64,000 nt of DNA from Dehalococcoidia bacterium (GCA_963662435.1 OY759598.1:558001-622000); one strand, 5' to 3'; positions 20,545 to 30,200 are shown, counted from the first letter of the stretch. Notes: generated from the letters alone by a model not told the origin. Numbers and translations: made by a program.

Positions 20545-20810
20545 AGAGCGGGGCCCTCCGGCAGGTGGTGGGGGATTTGCCGGATTATATGAAATTGATT
20601 AGACCGGTACAAGCTTTTTCCATCAATTGGCAGCCGCACCGGCCTCCATGGTCGTCCACCAGCAATCGTCACCGAACATCACTTCCCATGCGGAAACGGT
20701 GAGCTAGGGAGGTACCCATGCCGTAAGAAAGAGTCCACGTTTCCCTTGAGCGCCATCTGAAGGTGATGCTACACTATCCACCAGGGTCGAAAGACCCTCC
20801 CCGTTGATGC

Positions 20811-20885
20811 TCCGCAGTAGCTCAGTGGTAGAGCGGTCGGCTGTTAACCGATTGGTCGCAGGTTCGAATCCTGCCTGCGGAGCCA
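20811..20885 (+). tRNA. tRNA-Asn (GTT)
   Basis: TCCGCAG/CTGCGGA acceptor stem, D-arm TAGCTCAGTGGTAGAGC, anticodon loop CTGTTAA, T-loop GGTTCGAATCC, encoded CCA. Confidence 0.98.
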
Positions 20886-20948
20886 CCTACCCCGATTCCC
20901 CCATCGACTCTCTCTACTCCTACGCCGCCTCGTTCGAATTCTCCCAAC

Positions 20949-22877
20949 CTACCAGCTCAGACTCGCCTTGCCGCGATGCCGGTCGGCTTGCTTCCACAGC
21001 GTGACCCCGTCGCGGTAGTGGTCCCGGTTGTACAGGGGACTCAACACACCTGGAGGATCAATCCTCACGACATCATGTCCTCTGCGTACCAGGTAGTACC
21101 ACTGGTTCTTGGCCGTTACCCTTGATAACTCTTCAGCCAGGGGAAAAGTAAGTGTCGCCACCTGACCCGGCGAGAGTCCGCCAACCACGGCGTAACGACC
21201 CTCGAAGTTTACCTCGCGAAAGAACCCGTCCACATTGCAGATGACCTTGCCCAATTCCACCCAACCGGGCAGACGAACGGAGAGGTTGCAAGTCTGATTC
21301 ACGTGGAAGTCCGCCCGTCCGGTGTAGGGCAGGTGACTATGAACCTCAACAGGGCCGCCGACGCTGTTAAGTAGCAGGTTCACCCTTACCCTGTCGTCCT
21401 GCCGATGAATGATATGGTGCCATGCATCGTAAAGGGCCCTCGCGCCATTTGCTGTGCAACAGTGCATGATCCCCTGCACGTGACCGAGTTTCCTGCCACC
21501 TACCAACCGGTCCAGATACTCGTCCGAAGTCTCGTGCGGTTCCTGCATCGGCCTGACTTCTTGCACGCCGCCGCGGTCCTCGGCTCTTTGAAACTCGACC
21601 CAGTCGTTGGGACTCTGCCATCCGGCAAAAGCGCCCAGGTTGCGCTCACCCACGCGGTCAGTCGTCATGTTTGGGAGCAAAGCCGTCGGAGGATCTGCCA
21701 TGTTCAGACGATAAATCCAGTCGTAACGAAGAAGCTGCCCCTCAGCAAGTTGATTGCGTATCCAGCGGTCGGCGTCATCCCAGTAGTGGTCCCCGGCTCC
21801 CGCAGCCGCCAGTCCCAGTGCAACGCTCACCATGTCTCCAACTTCGCAGATCTCGCTCGTGTGCGGCACATCAGGCCCGACCGACTCGGGGAAGAACCCA
21901 GTCAATACCTCCCCATAGCTCTTCGCTTTGTCGAATGCGGTCGCGGCTTCCGCGACCATGGCCTCGTCTCCGGCCACCCTCCCATACTCCAGGCAGGCCA
22001 GTATCGTCATTGAGTGATGATGAAAGTGATTTACGTGATGGCGCATGCCGTTCGGGTCGGGGTCGTCGCACAGGAACTCATAATTCGGCCCAAAGTACTG
22101 TGCTTTGTGAAGAACGTATCGGCACAACTCGCCTGCCAATTCCACAGCGGGTTCGTAGCCGGTAATTTTGTAGAAGTACGTGAGTCTCCGGGCTGGCCAG
22201 ATGCCAAAGGCAGCCTGAGTGGCTAAAGGTCGTGGAGCGTCGTAGTCCGCCTTATCGCCAGGCAAATATGTCCAGTCGGTGAAGTATGCGTGGGGACCTT
22301 TTCGGACGGCTAAGCGCGCCAGTCCATCGGCGATTCTTCGCCCGATTGGCTCCCAATATTCCCTGTCCTCAGTCTCTGCGTACGTAGTGGCTGCACCGAG
22401 CATGAGTCCGTTCACTTGCATGTCGACAATCGACTCGCCGTCGCTGACGCCGAGCCGCGAGGACGGTCGTGAAGGTGACAGTCGATCGTAAAGTATGGTC
22501 TCGACCATTCCGTCAGCGCCCAATCGTTCGGGGAGCAGTTCCTTCCACCGTTCTTCGACGTGGGCGCCTTGTTTAGACCCACTCATCAGACGCATTCGGG
22601 GAAGACACTCCATAAATTTGGCCGCTATCCCGGTATCGGAAAAGTCGTGATACATGATCGGAGGATTGGACCGGAATGTTACCTTCCAGTACACGCGATA
22701 GTTTTCCTCAGGGTCCGTTGCCTCGGTCATCGCGTTCACGGCAAGCCCGGCTCGTTCCGCCAGGTCGAGCGTGGCCGGAATTAACTGTCTAAAGGTTGAA
22801 TCGGCGGGAATGCCCCCTGTCGATTGACCTTTTCTCTCCTCCGATGAACCGCGAAATCCGTTGCCGACATCATTCAT
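20949..22877 (-). CDS. GH127/GH146-like (beta-L-arabinofuranosidase-like) protein
   Basis: SEICEVGDM and MHCCTANG resemble the ETC and CC zinc-ligand motifs; C-terminal beta-sandwich LSVRLPGW; GGAGGAG RBS before ATG 22877. Confidence 0.55.
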   Translation of the reverse strand: MNDVGNGFRGSSEERKGQSTGGIPADSTFRQLIPATLDLAERAGLAVNAMTEATDPEENYRVYWKVTFRSNPPIMYHDFSDTGIAAKFMECLPRMRLMSGSKQGAHVEERWKELLPERLGADGMVETILYDRLSPSRPSSRLGVSDGESIVDMQVNGLMLGAATTYAETEDREYWEPIGRRIADGLARLAVRKGPHAYFTDWTYLPGDKADYDAPRPLATQAAFGIWPARRLTYFYKITGYEPAVELAGELCRYVLHKAQYFGPNYEFLCDDPDPNGMRHHVNHFHHHSMTILACLEYGRVAGDEAMVAEAATAFDKAKSYGEVLTGFFPESVGPDVPHTSEICEVGDMVSVALGLAAAGAGDHYWDDADRWIRNQLAEGQLLRYDWIYRLNMADPPTALLPNMTTDRVGERNLGAFAGWQSPNDWVEFQRAEDRGGVQEVRPMQEPHETSDEYLDRLVGGRKLGHVQGIMHCCTANGARALYDAWHHIIHRQDDRVRVNLLLNSVGGPVEVHSHLPYTGRADFHVNQTCNLSVRLPGWVELGKVICNVDGFFREVNFEGRYAVVGGLSPGQVATLTFPLAEELSRVTAKNQWYYLVRRGHDVVRIDPPGVLSPLYNRDHYRDGVTLWKQADRHRGKASLSW

Positions 22878-23305
22878 GAGTTTCTCCTCCCCGTAGTCAC
22901 AATCGTGGACTCGCCAAGGATAGTACTCCAATTCTCCTTGGACAAGGATCCTGGGTGGTCCTGCCATACAGTGAAGCCATTCCCCTCCTCGGCCCATGGA
23001 AGAGGTACTCCAAGTCGTATTGGCGGATTCCGTCCTTTCTCGCGTTTACAAGCAAATCTGTCAGATGTAGGATTAGGGCAACACGTAAAATTGGGGTAAG
23101 TTCAAGTTCAGCGATTGGGTCAAATCCTTGTCTTTCTCACGGGTAATTTGATTGCCTTGCAGGCCGGGTAGTCCCGCATGAAAACGACTCATTTGCAGGG
23201 GCTTGAATACTTGGTTAGCATCGCAACAAGAGACCATATGTCAAGAGCTTGCTTCGCTCAAACAACGGGTGCTGTCACAATCGTGCTCATAGGCTTTGAG
23301 GTGTC

Positions 23306-25786
23306 TTGATGAGTCGCACATTAGATTGGTTCAGTTGGATTGTAACGGTACGGCCGTTCATCACTCTGGCAGTTCTTCTCATCGTTACCGTCGTGCTAGC
23401 CGCCGGGACTACCTTCCGCGCTCCGCCTACGGAAGGGGCTGATGTGGCATTCCTTCCGCCGGGACACGCCATCGGGAAGGCGACTGAAGAGATTGATGAG
23501 TTCTTCGGGGACTCAAGCGCGGTCAGCGTTGTAACGCTCATCTTCCGCGGTGAGGCGATCACGCCGGCCGGCCTTGCGCAGATGAATTCACTCGTTAATG
23601 AGATCGCTGGCGATCCCGGCATCGCCGGGCTGTTGGTGCCCGTCAACGCCATCGTCTCCCCTTCGCACCTTATCAATGCCGTCCTCCAAGTGGACAGCTT
23701 CGAGTCGACCACGCAGGCGGAAATCGACTCGGCCCGCAACGTCCCTGGGATTCAGGAAGCTATAACTGCGATGACCGGAACCGACACTGACGGCACTCCG
23801 GTTGCCATCGCCAACATCCGCCTGAGCGACACCGGTGACGAGCGAGTGGGAGACGCCGAACGGAAGATCAACGATCTCGCGGCCGACGATGATGGCCCGC
23901 TGAACGTGAGCAGCCTCTCGCCCGTGATCGTCGAAGATGAGTACAGAAAGGCCACGGAAGAGGGGATGGGACCGCTCATTGGGCTTGCGCTACTGCTCAT
24001 TGCGGCACTGCTCTTACTCTTCACGCGCACCCTTTCAGACATGCTGCTGACGCTAACGGGTCTCATATTCTCAATAGTCTGGATTGTAGGTGCGGAGGGT
24101 TGGCTGGGTCCGAATGCACTGGGTGTCATTGGGCCACCGAGTTCACTCACCGCGATGGTGCCGGTTATTATCATCAGCCTCACCGTGGACTATGCCATCC
24201 AGGCAATCTCGCACTATCGCGAGCAGCGAATTGCCGGAGAGACGGTCGTGACGGCGGTAAGGAAAGGACTTCGCCACGTGACGATCCCGCTGACGCTGGC
24301 TGCCGTTACCACGATTGCGAGCCTGCTGGCGTCGTTGTTCTCGCCGATTGGTGTAATCGGCGACTTCGGCGTAGTAGCGGGAATGGGCGTGGGGTTGAGC
24401 CTGATAGTGATGCTTACTCTCATCCCTGCGGGACGGACGATCATCGACCGGCGCCGTGAGGCCCTTGGCAAGTTGGGATCGGCCCGTCCGATATCGAACG
24501 CGCTGCCCGGAGTCCCTAAAGTAGCGGAACTGCTGGGGAGGTGGGTTACACGTCACCCGATGCCCTACCTCGTTGTCGTGATCCTCATAGCCATTGGCCT
24601 AGGATTTGCATCCAGGGACCTGAAGTCCGAATTCAGCATCCAGGACATCCTCCCACGAGGTGGCAGCGTACTGGCGGATATGAAGACCCTCGAGGCCACA
24701 GTCGGAGGCTCAACGGAAGTCGCCACTATACTCTTGAAGGCCGAACTCACCGAGAGCCGGACGCTCCTGAATCTCCGCGATCTTACGGTCGCCTTCGAAG
24801 ACGAGCCAGGCCGACCGCGGGTCGCCGCTGGGCCGATCCAACACTCCTTTGAGGAGCTGGTCCAAGACTGGACAAACGACTCCGGTGAACCCGGCGATAA
24901 GTACGATGCCGAATTGGCCGCGCTCTTCGAGGAAGCCTCTCCCGGAGTGGACCTGGTTCCTGAGTTGATGCAGGAGTTCGTCGATAGATTGGTCGCGAAA
25001 GAACCCGAGCTTACTCGCTTCTTGGTCAACGATCCTGATGGCATTGATGTTATGCTCCTCCAGTTCCCGACCTACCTGCATGAACCTGAGCAGACGAGAA
25101 TGATCCAGGAGCAAATCGAAGAACGCTGGTTGGGCGATGACGATTCCATAACGGCTCTTTCCGACACTATCGTCTCGGTGGCCGTCACTGACCAGATCAC
25201 AGACGGACAGACCGAGGCCATTGCTTCCACGATCGCTGTTGCCCTGAGTATCCTTGCACTCTTCTTCTGGGTGACCTTGCGCCAGCCCTCGCTCGGGTTC
25301 GTCGCCGTTGCGCCAATCGTGCTCGTCCTATTCAGCGTTCTGGGGACCATGGCTCTTCTCGACATTCCCTACACGCTCGTCACCTCGATCATCACGGCGT
25401 TATCGATCGGTATAGGGGTCGACTACACGATCCATGTGATTCATCGATATAGGGAGGAATTCTCGCACCTGCGAAACCCGGAACAAGCGGCAATTAGGAC
25501 GCTCGCGACCACCGGCTCGGCACTGTTGGGCTCAGCACTCACTACTGCGTTCGGCTTTGGCGTGCTAATCGCCTCGCCGCTGCAGGCCTCACAGCAGTTT
25601 GGCATCACGGCGACCATCACAATCGTCTACTCCCTGGTAGTCTCGGTCTTCGTCGTGCTTCCTGCGATGGTGGTCTGGGGAGCCTACCAGAATGCGCGGC
25701 TGCGCTCGATGGTGGAGCGCATGTGGGACGACCTCGACATTGCCATTGAGGACATCAGCCACCGCCACGCGCAGGGCTCGTCGTAA
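23306..25786 (+). CDS. MMPL/RND-family lipid transporter
   Basis: two repeats carrying TVDYAIQ and GIGVDYTIH motifs, about 12 TM segments, two large extracytoplasmic loops. Confidence 0.88.
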   Translation: MMSRTLDWFSWIVTVRPFITLAVLLIVTVVLAAGTTFRAPPTEGADVAFLPPGHAIGKATEEIDEFFGDSSAVSVVTLIFRGEAITPAGLAQMNSLVNEIAGDPGIAGLLVPVNAIVSPSHLINAVLQVDSFESTTQAEIDSARNVPGIQEAITAMTGTDTDGTPVAIANIRLSDTGDERVGDAERKINDLAADDDGPLNVSSLSPVIVEDEYRKATEEGMGPLIGLALLLIAALLLLFTRTLSDMLLTLTGLIFSIVWIVGAEGWLGPNALGVIGPPSSLTAMVPVIIISLTVDYAIQAISHYREQRIAGETVVTAVRKGLRHVTIPLTLAAVTTIASLLASLFSPIGVIGDFGVVAGMGVGLSLIVMLTLIPAGRTIIDRRREALGKLGSARPISNALPGVPKVAELLGRWVTRHPMPYLVVVILIAIGLGFASRDLKSEFSIQDILPRGGSVLADMKTLEATVGGSTEVATILLKAELTESRTLLNLRDLTVAFEDEPGRPRVAAGPIQHSFEELVQDWTNDSGEPGDKYDAELAALFEEASPGVDLVPELMQEFVDRLVAKEPELTRFLVNDPDGIDVMLLQFPTYLHEPEQTRMIQEQIEERWLGDDDSITALSDTIVSVAVTDQITDGQTEAIASTIAVALSILALFFWVTLRQPSLGFVAVAPIVLVLFSVLGTMALLDIPYTLVTSIITALSIGIGVDYTIHVIHRYREEFSHLRNPEQAAIRTLATTGSALLGSALTTAFGFGVLIASPLQASQQFGITATITIVYSLVVSVFVVLPAMVVWGAYQNARLRSMVERMWDDLDIAIEDISHRHAQGSS

Positions 25787-26832
25787 TGAACCTTATGCAA
25801 CTCCGCAAACTATCCAAGGAGCTGAAGGCCGCCTACCGGGGAGCGGATGTCAGCAGTCGCGTGGAGGACTTCGATGGATGGACGGAAAGAGCGGGCGTGG
25901 ATTGCGCCCGCTCGACGGGCTACGACCACGCCCAAACCGTTAAGGAATACTACGACCTTTGCAGCGAGATCATGGTGTTCGGTTGGGGCGAATCCCTCCA
26001 CTTCGCGCCGCTATCGCCCCGTGAGAGCCTGGAGGACTCCAAAGTCCGGCACCAGCGGCTAATGATCGCCAAGCTGGAGCTGCGAAAGGGCATGACGGTG
26101 ATCGATGTCGGTTGCGGCATCGGCGGGCCGATGCGCCGAGTGGTGCGGGAGGCTGATGTCAGGGTCGTCGGGGTCAATAGCAGTGAAGTCCAGCTGGAGA
26201 AGGCAAAAGCGCTGGACGCCGAGGCTGGACTCGACCACATGGTCGACTACCTCGCATGCAGCTTCATGGACATGAGCGCCATCGCGGACGACACGTTCGA
26301 CCGGGGATACGCGATCGAGTCGACATGCCATGCGCCGGACAAGGCGGGTGCTTTCGCCGAGATCTACCGCGTGCTGAAACCCGGGGCCCTCTTCTGGGGT
26401 CAGGAAATGTGCATGACCGACAGGTTCGATTCTGGCGACGGCCAGCACCGGGCCTTGAAGAAGGACCTGATGCACGGCATCGCGCTCAAGGACATCGCGA
26501 CTATGGGCGAGGTGGACCGTGCACTCGAATCGGCGGGATTCCAAGTCATCGAGGCCAAGGACCGGGCCGTCGATGAAAACAGTCCGATCACGCCGTGGTA
26601 CCAGCCTATGGAGGCCCGGAGCGATACGCTGGGCAACGCCATGCGCAGGACCCCGCTGGGCCGCAAGGCGCTCTTGGGTACGTTCAGGATATCGGAAGCG
26701 CTGGGGATGTTCCCGAAGGGGTCCTCGGACGTCATCGAACTGATGGATCGTACCGCCAATGCCTATGTCGCAGGCGGCAGGACCGGGCTCTTCACGCCGC
26801 TGTACTGCTTCCTGGCTCGCAAGCCACTTTAG
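25786..26832 (+). CDS. sterol 24-C-methyltransferase-like (ERG6/SMT1 family)
   Basis: YYD...FGWGESLHFA (Region I), IDVGCGIGGP (SAM), YAIESTCHAP (Region III), YRVLKPG, C-terminal PWYQP and GLFTPLYCFLARKP. Confidence 0.88.
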   Translation: MNLMQLRKLSKELKAAYRGADVSSRVEDFDGWTERAGVDCARSTGYDHAQTVKEYYDLCSEIMVFGWGESLHFAPLSPRESLEDSKVRHQRLMIAKLELRKGMTVIDVGCGIGGPMRRVVREADVRVVGVNSSEVQLEKAKALDAEAGLDHMVDYLACSFMDMSAIADDTFDRGYAIESTCHAPDKAGAFAEIYRVLKPGALFWGQEMCMTDRFDSGDGQHRALKKDLMHGIALKDIATMGEVDRALESAGFQVIEAKDRAVDENSPITPWYQPMEARSDTLGNAMRRTPLGRKALLGTFRISEALGMFPKGSSDVIELMDRTANAYVAGGRTGLFTPLYCFLARKPL

Positions 26833-26869
26833 GCGCTCTCCCCAGTCTGTCGGGGGATCCCATGGCTCG

Positions 26870-28948
26870 TTAGACGTTCAATTCGCGCCTCTGCTCGGCG
26901 ATGTGGAACTTCAGCTTCTTGCTCGGCTTCATCGACGGAAAGGGGTTGAACCGGTGCTTGTAGTTCGAGGGGGACACCTCAAGCCTGAAGTAGTGCGCGA
27001 CCATCAACACGTTGACGGCCAGTTGCAGCTCCATCCACCGGGACCCCAGACACATGTGAGTGCCCAGCCCGTAGGGTGCGTACCCGGGACTGAGATGCTC
27101 ATTGCGCGGAGGCAGATAGCGGTCGATATCGAATGTGAAGGGATCGGGGAAAACGTCCTCCATGTAGTGCGAGGCTGTCTGGGCGATGATGGTCCTTGTT
27201 CCCACTGGCAGTTCGTAGTCTTCGACGACACACGAATTCATCACGTTTCGAATAGACATGGGAACGATCGGGTATATGCGCAGGCACTCCATGAGGAAGC
27301 GGTGCGTGACATCGATGGCCGCCGGGGTAAAGTTCTCGGGATCCGGATCGCCTTCGCCGAACAGAGTGTCGGCTTCTGCCTGGATTTTGGCGTATATCTC
27401 CGGTTGAGACGCCATAGCGTACAAGGTGAAGCTAAAGGCATCGCCAAGGTATGCGCTGGCTACTAACGCCGCAGTGAAAGCGAATCGCAGGTTGGATTCG
27501 GGCATGAACTGTGGATCGCTCGCGTGCAGGCTCAGATAGTCGTCCACGAGGTTTCGGTGTTGCCCCGCCCGCTGGGCGGGGGTGTGTACGCTCTGGATGC
27601 GTTCAAGCAATGTTCCGATGAGTTTCGTTCGGCGTCTCATGCCGGGAGTCTTCATCATGAACTTGGGCATTATCTTCATGACGTGAACACTGAGAGCCCG
27701 TTCCTTGAACTTCAACAGGTCGTCGATGATGTCCTGAGTTTCGACTCCGACCATGAACGGCGAGATTTGAGCGTTGATCATTAGCCGGCTCATGCCCGTC
27801 GCCGGGTAGATGTCTCCGACATTCCACTGCGCCATATGCGTCCGCGCATGATCATAGAGTTCGTCCAACTGCCCAGCCAGTCTCTTGCGGGAATAGGCCG
27901 CTGACAAGGACTTGCGCAGCCGGAAATGGTCCGCGCCATCTAGGGAAGGCAACACTCCGGCTGAGCCATAAACGTTCTCGAAGTCCACAAAATAGTCCCT
28001 GGCTCTCAGGTACATTCGGCCTCGCCGATGGACCCAGTGATTTGTTTCGGGACCGGCCAGGAAGATCATGGGCTCGGAAAACGGAGGCCGTATCTGAAAC
28101 ACCGGGCCATACTCTTGTGCAAGATCCGCAAAGAGGGCCGGGATGTTGCCTTTACGAATGTTGGAATTAAACAACAGCTTACGCAGCGACACGGTCGGAA
28201 TTTTCTTGGTGAGGGCGGAACGCTGAAGCAGTGGACCCGCCAGGTTGTGGGCGACCGCTTCAGCAATCGCGCGGCCGATTAAGTCCAACTTGCAGATAGC
28301 CTGAATGCGCTCTTCGTGCTCATCATCTATCTGGAATATGAAGCGCAGGACGTCGCATGTGTTGAGGAGACAGAGGATGACAACGTCACGCGGGAAGGGG
28401 ATCTCATTGTTGTAGATCACGTTTCTTATGCGCGAAGTGACGAACTCAACCGCCGTGCCGTCGCCGTTGCCGGAGACGAGGTCCCTGCGACCGACGGTAT
28501 GAGACAGAGTCCAGAACTCGCCGTCGTGGTGCTCCAATATGCCCAGCTCTACAAGTCGGTCCAGAGTCAGGTCAACGATTGACTCCGCGCGGGGGGCCAG
28601 CCGTTCGATCCAGAACTGCGCGTTCCGTTGGACAGGTTCCTTCGCAATCTCCTTGAGAATGGGGTCAAGGATAGGGCTTCCTACCTCGGTATCGTCCAGA
28701 AGAATGAGGGACTCCATGTCCGTGTCGATGCGGGAAACGAGCGAGAGTTCGGCGAGTACCGCTCCTATGATGGCGCAGTTCAAGTCCCAGCCAGGCACCT
28801 GATGAAAGTAACCCGTCTCCTCGTTGAGGAGCATCACAATGAGCTCCTCGGGCAAAGTCAGCGGCTGGGTTATTACTCCGTCAATTGTGAGTGTCATCTG
28901 CCTTGCCCCCCCGAACATCGCCCTGATAGACTTTAGCCACTCGGACAA
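26870..28948 (-). CDS. cytochrome P450 with N-terminal GPP34 (GOLPH3/Vps74-like) domain
   Basis: N-terminal TLPEELIVMLL...GAVLAELSLVSRI...LDRLVELGIL; C-terminal ECLR (ExxR), FDIDRY, YGLGTHMCLG heme Cys; start may be ATG 28897. Confidence 0.85.
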   Translation of the reverse strand: MSEWLKSIRAMFGGARQMTLTIDGVITQPLTLPEELIVMLLNEETGYFHQVPGWDLNCAIIGAVLAELSLVSRIDTDMESLILLDDTEVGSPILDPILKEIAKEPVQRNAQFWIERLAPRAESIVDLTLDRLVELGILEHHDGEFWTLSHTVGRRDLVSGNGDGTAVEFVTSRIRNVIYNNEIPFPRDVVILCLLNTCDVLRFIFQIDDEHEERIQAICKLDLIGRAIAEAVAHNLAGPLLQRSALTKKIPTVSLRKLLFNSNIRKGNIPALFADLAQEYGPVFQIRPPFSEPMIFLAGPETNHWVHRRGRMYLRARDYFVDFENVYGSAGVLPSLDGADHFRLRKSLSAAYSRKRLAGQLDELYDHARTHMAQWNVGDIYPATGMSRLMINAQISPFMVGVETQDIIDDLLKFKERALSVHVMKIMPKFMMKTPGMRRRTKLIGTLLERIQSVHTPAQRAGQHRNLVDDYLSLHASDPQFMPESNLRFAFTAALVASAYLGDAFSFTLYAMASQPEIYAKIQAEADTLFGEGDPDPENFTPAAIDVTHRFLMECLRIYPIVPMSIRNVMNSCVVEDYELPVGTRTIIAQTASHYMEDVFPDPFTFDIDRYLPPRNEHLSPGYAPYGLGTHMCLGSRWMELQLAVNVLMVAHYFRLEVSPSNYKHRFNPFPSMKPSKKLKFHIAEQRRELNV

Positions 28949-29093
28949 GCCGCAACCGAAGATTACTCAAGTACAGCCTAGCACAGCATTCTCTAAAATT
29001 CACGTATATGGCTCTGTCGATTGTTGGAATTCGAGGAGGGGAAATTTTCGGACGAAGTCGGTCAACCAGGACTCCAGGTGAGAGGGCTGAACG

Positions 29094-30146
29094 ATGGTAA
29101 CCCGAACAAGAGAACCAACTAAGACTCTGGCTCCTACTCCTTTTCCTGAGGGCTGGTTCTTCGTATCAACCCGCAGGGCAGTCGAAGAGGCTAAGCTCAT
29201 CCAGAAGACGTGGATGGGCACGAACGTAGTCATCTGGTGTGACGACGACGATAGGGTTTGCGTTGCCGAGTCCGTCTGCCCACACCTTGGCTCCGAACTG
29301 GGTCCGGATGCGGGCGGATGCATACGGGACGGGCGCTTGATCTGTCCCTTCCATGGCTACGAATTCGATACCACTGGCCAGTGCGTCGCCACACCCTTCG
29401 CCGAACCTCCCAAAACAGCGAAGCTCCGTGTTTTCGAAACGCAGGAGGTCCTCGGCCTGATCTTCGCCTGGTGGGGGATAGAGGGACGAGAGCCGCAATG
29501 GCGCCTGACCGACTACCCCATGGAACAAGGCGGCTGGTCCGACTTCCGGATCAATACCCTCCGGTTCCCCGGCCATCCCCAGGAGACGACGGAGAACTCT
29601 GTCGATTTGGCCCACCTCCGCTACGTCCACGGCTACGACAACGTGAACCCCATCGAGGAGTTTTCCGCGGACGGCCCCCGTCTCGAAGCCCGATTCGACT
29701 TTAGGAGATCTCGCTCGATAGCCGGAGTGGCGACCCTTGGTTTCGATGTCTCCGCCAAGGCGACTATATTCGGCCTCGGCTACTCATTCGTGGAAGTCCG
29801 CGAAAAGTCTATCGGCATGGACATGCGCCTGTGGGTCCTGGCGACGCCGGTCGACGGGACGCTAATCGATATGTCGTTGGTTTCGCAAGTCAAAGAGATC
29901 CGCAGTCCGAAAAGGCTGTTTGCGGGCCTTGGGTTTCTTCCTGTGAGTATGCGGGCCCCCATCATGAACAAGTTCATGGCGGCCCAGCAAAAGGACGACG
30001 TCTTGCAGGATGTCGTCATCTGGAGCCGTAAACAGTACGTGTCGCGCCCCCGACTCTGCCGTTCCGACGGCAGAATAATGCCCTTCAGGTACTACTGTGC
30101 CCAGTTCTATCCCGACCCGGACGCTAGCGAAGGCGCCAATGCCTGA
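29094..30146 (+). CDS. Rieske non-heme iron oxygenase, cholesterol 7-desaturase (Neverland/DAF-36) or KshA-like
   Basis: PFPEGWF, CPHLG...CPFHG [2Fe-2S] ligands, ENSVDLAHLRYVH iron motif, QDVVIWSRK...DGRIMPFRYYCAQFY C-terminus. Confidence 0.85.
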   Translation: MVTRTREPTKTLAPTPFPEGWFFVSTRRAVEEAKLIQKTWMGTNVVIWCDDDDRVCVAESVCPHLGSELGPDAGGCIRDGRLICPFHGYEFDTTGQCVATPFAEPPKTAKLRVFETQEVLGLIFAWWGIEGREPQWRLTDYPMEQGGWSDFRINTLRFPGHPQETTENSVDLAHLRYVHGYDNVNPIEEFSADGPRLEARFDFRRSRSIAGVATLGFDVSAKATIFGLGYSFVEVREKSIGMDMRLWVLATPVDGTLIDMSLVSQVKEIRSPKRLFAGLGFLPVSMRAPIMNKFMAAQQKDDVLQDVVIWSRKQYVSRPRLCRSDGRIMPFRYYCAQFYPDPDASEGANA

Positions 30147-30200
30147 CGCCCGCCACGCCTGAGTTTCGGCGATTGTAAGGAGCCTCCGAGAGGTGCAGGG

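Noticed and set aside
20886..20948. Prophage or ICE integration at tRNA-Asn
   Set aside because: No integrase, phage or conjugation genes and no att duplication were seen
20704..21004. Small ORFs such as MAPQAGFEPATNRLTADRSTTELLR
   Set aside because: They are translations of the tRNA-Asn gene or its complement
29094..30146. Steroid degradation (ksh/hsa) cluster interpretation
   Set aside because: No kshB, kstD, hsa or side-chain beta-oxidation genes in the window, and a methyltransferase does not fit catabolism; not excluded genome-wide
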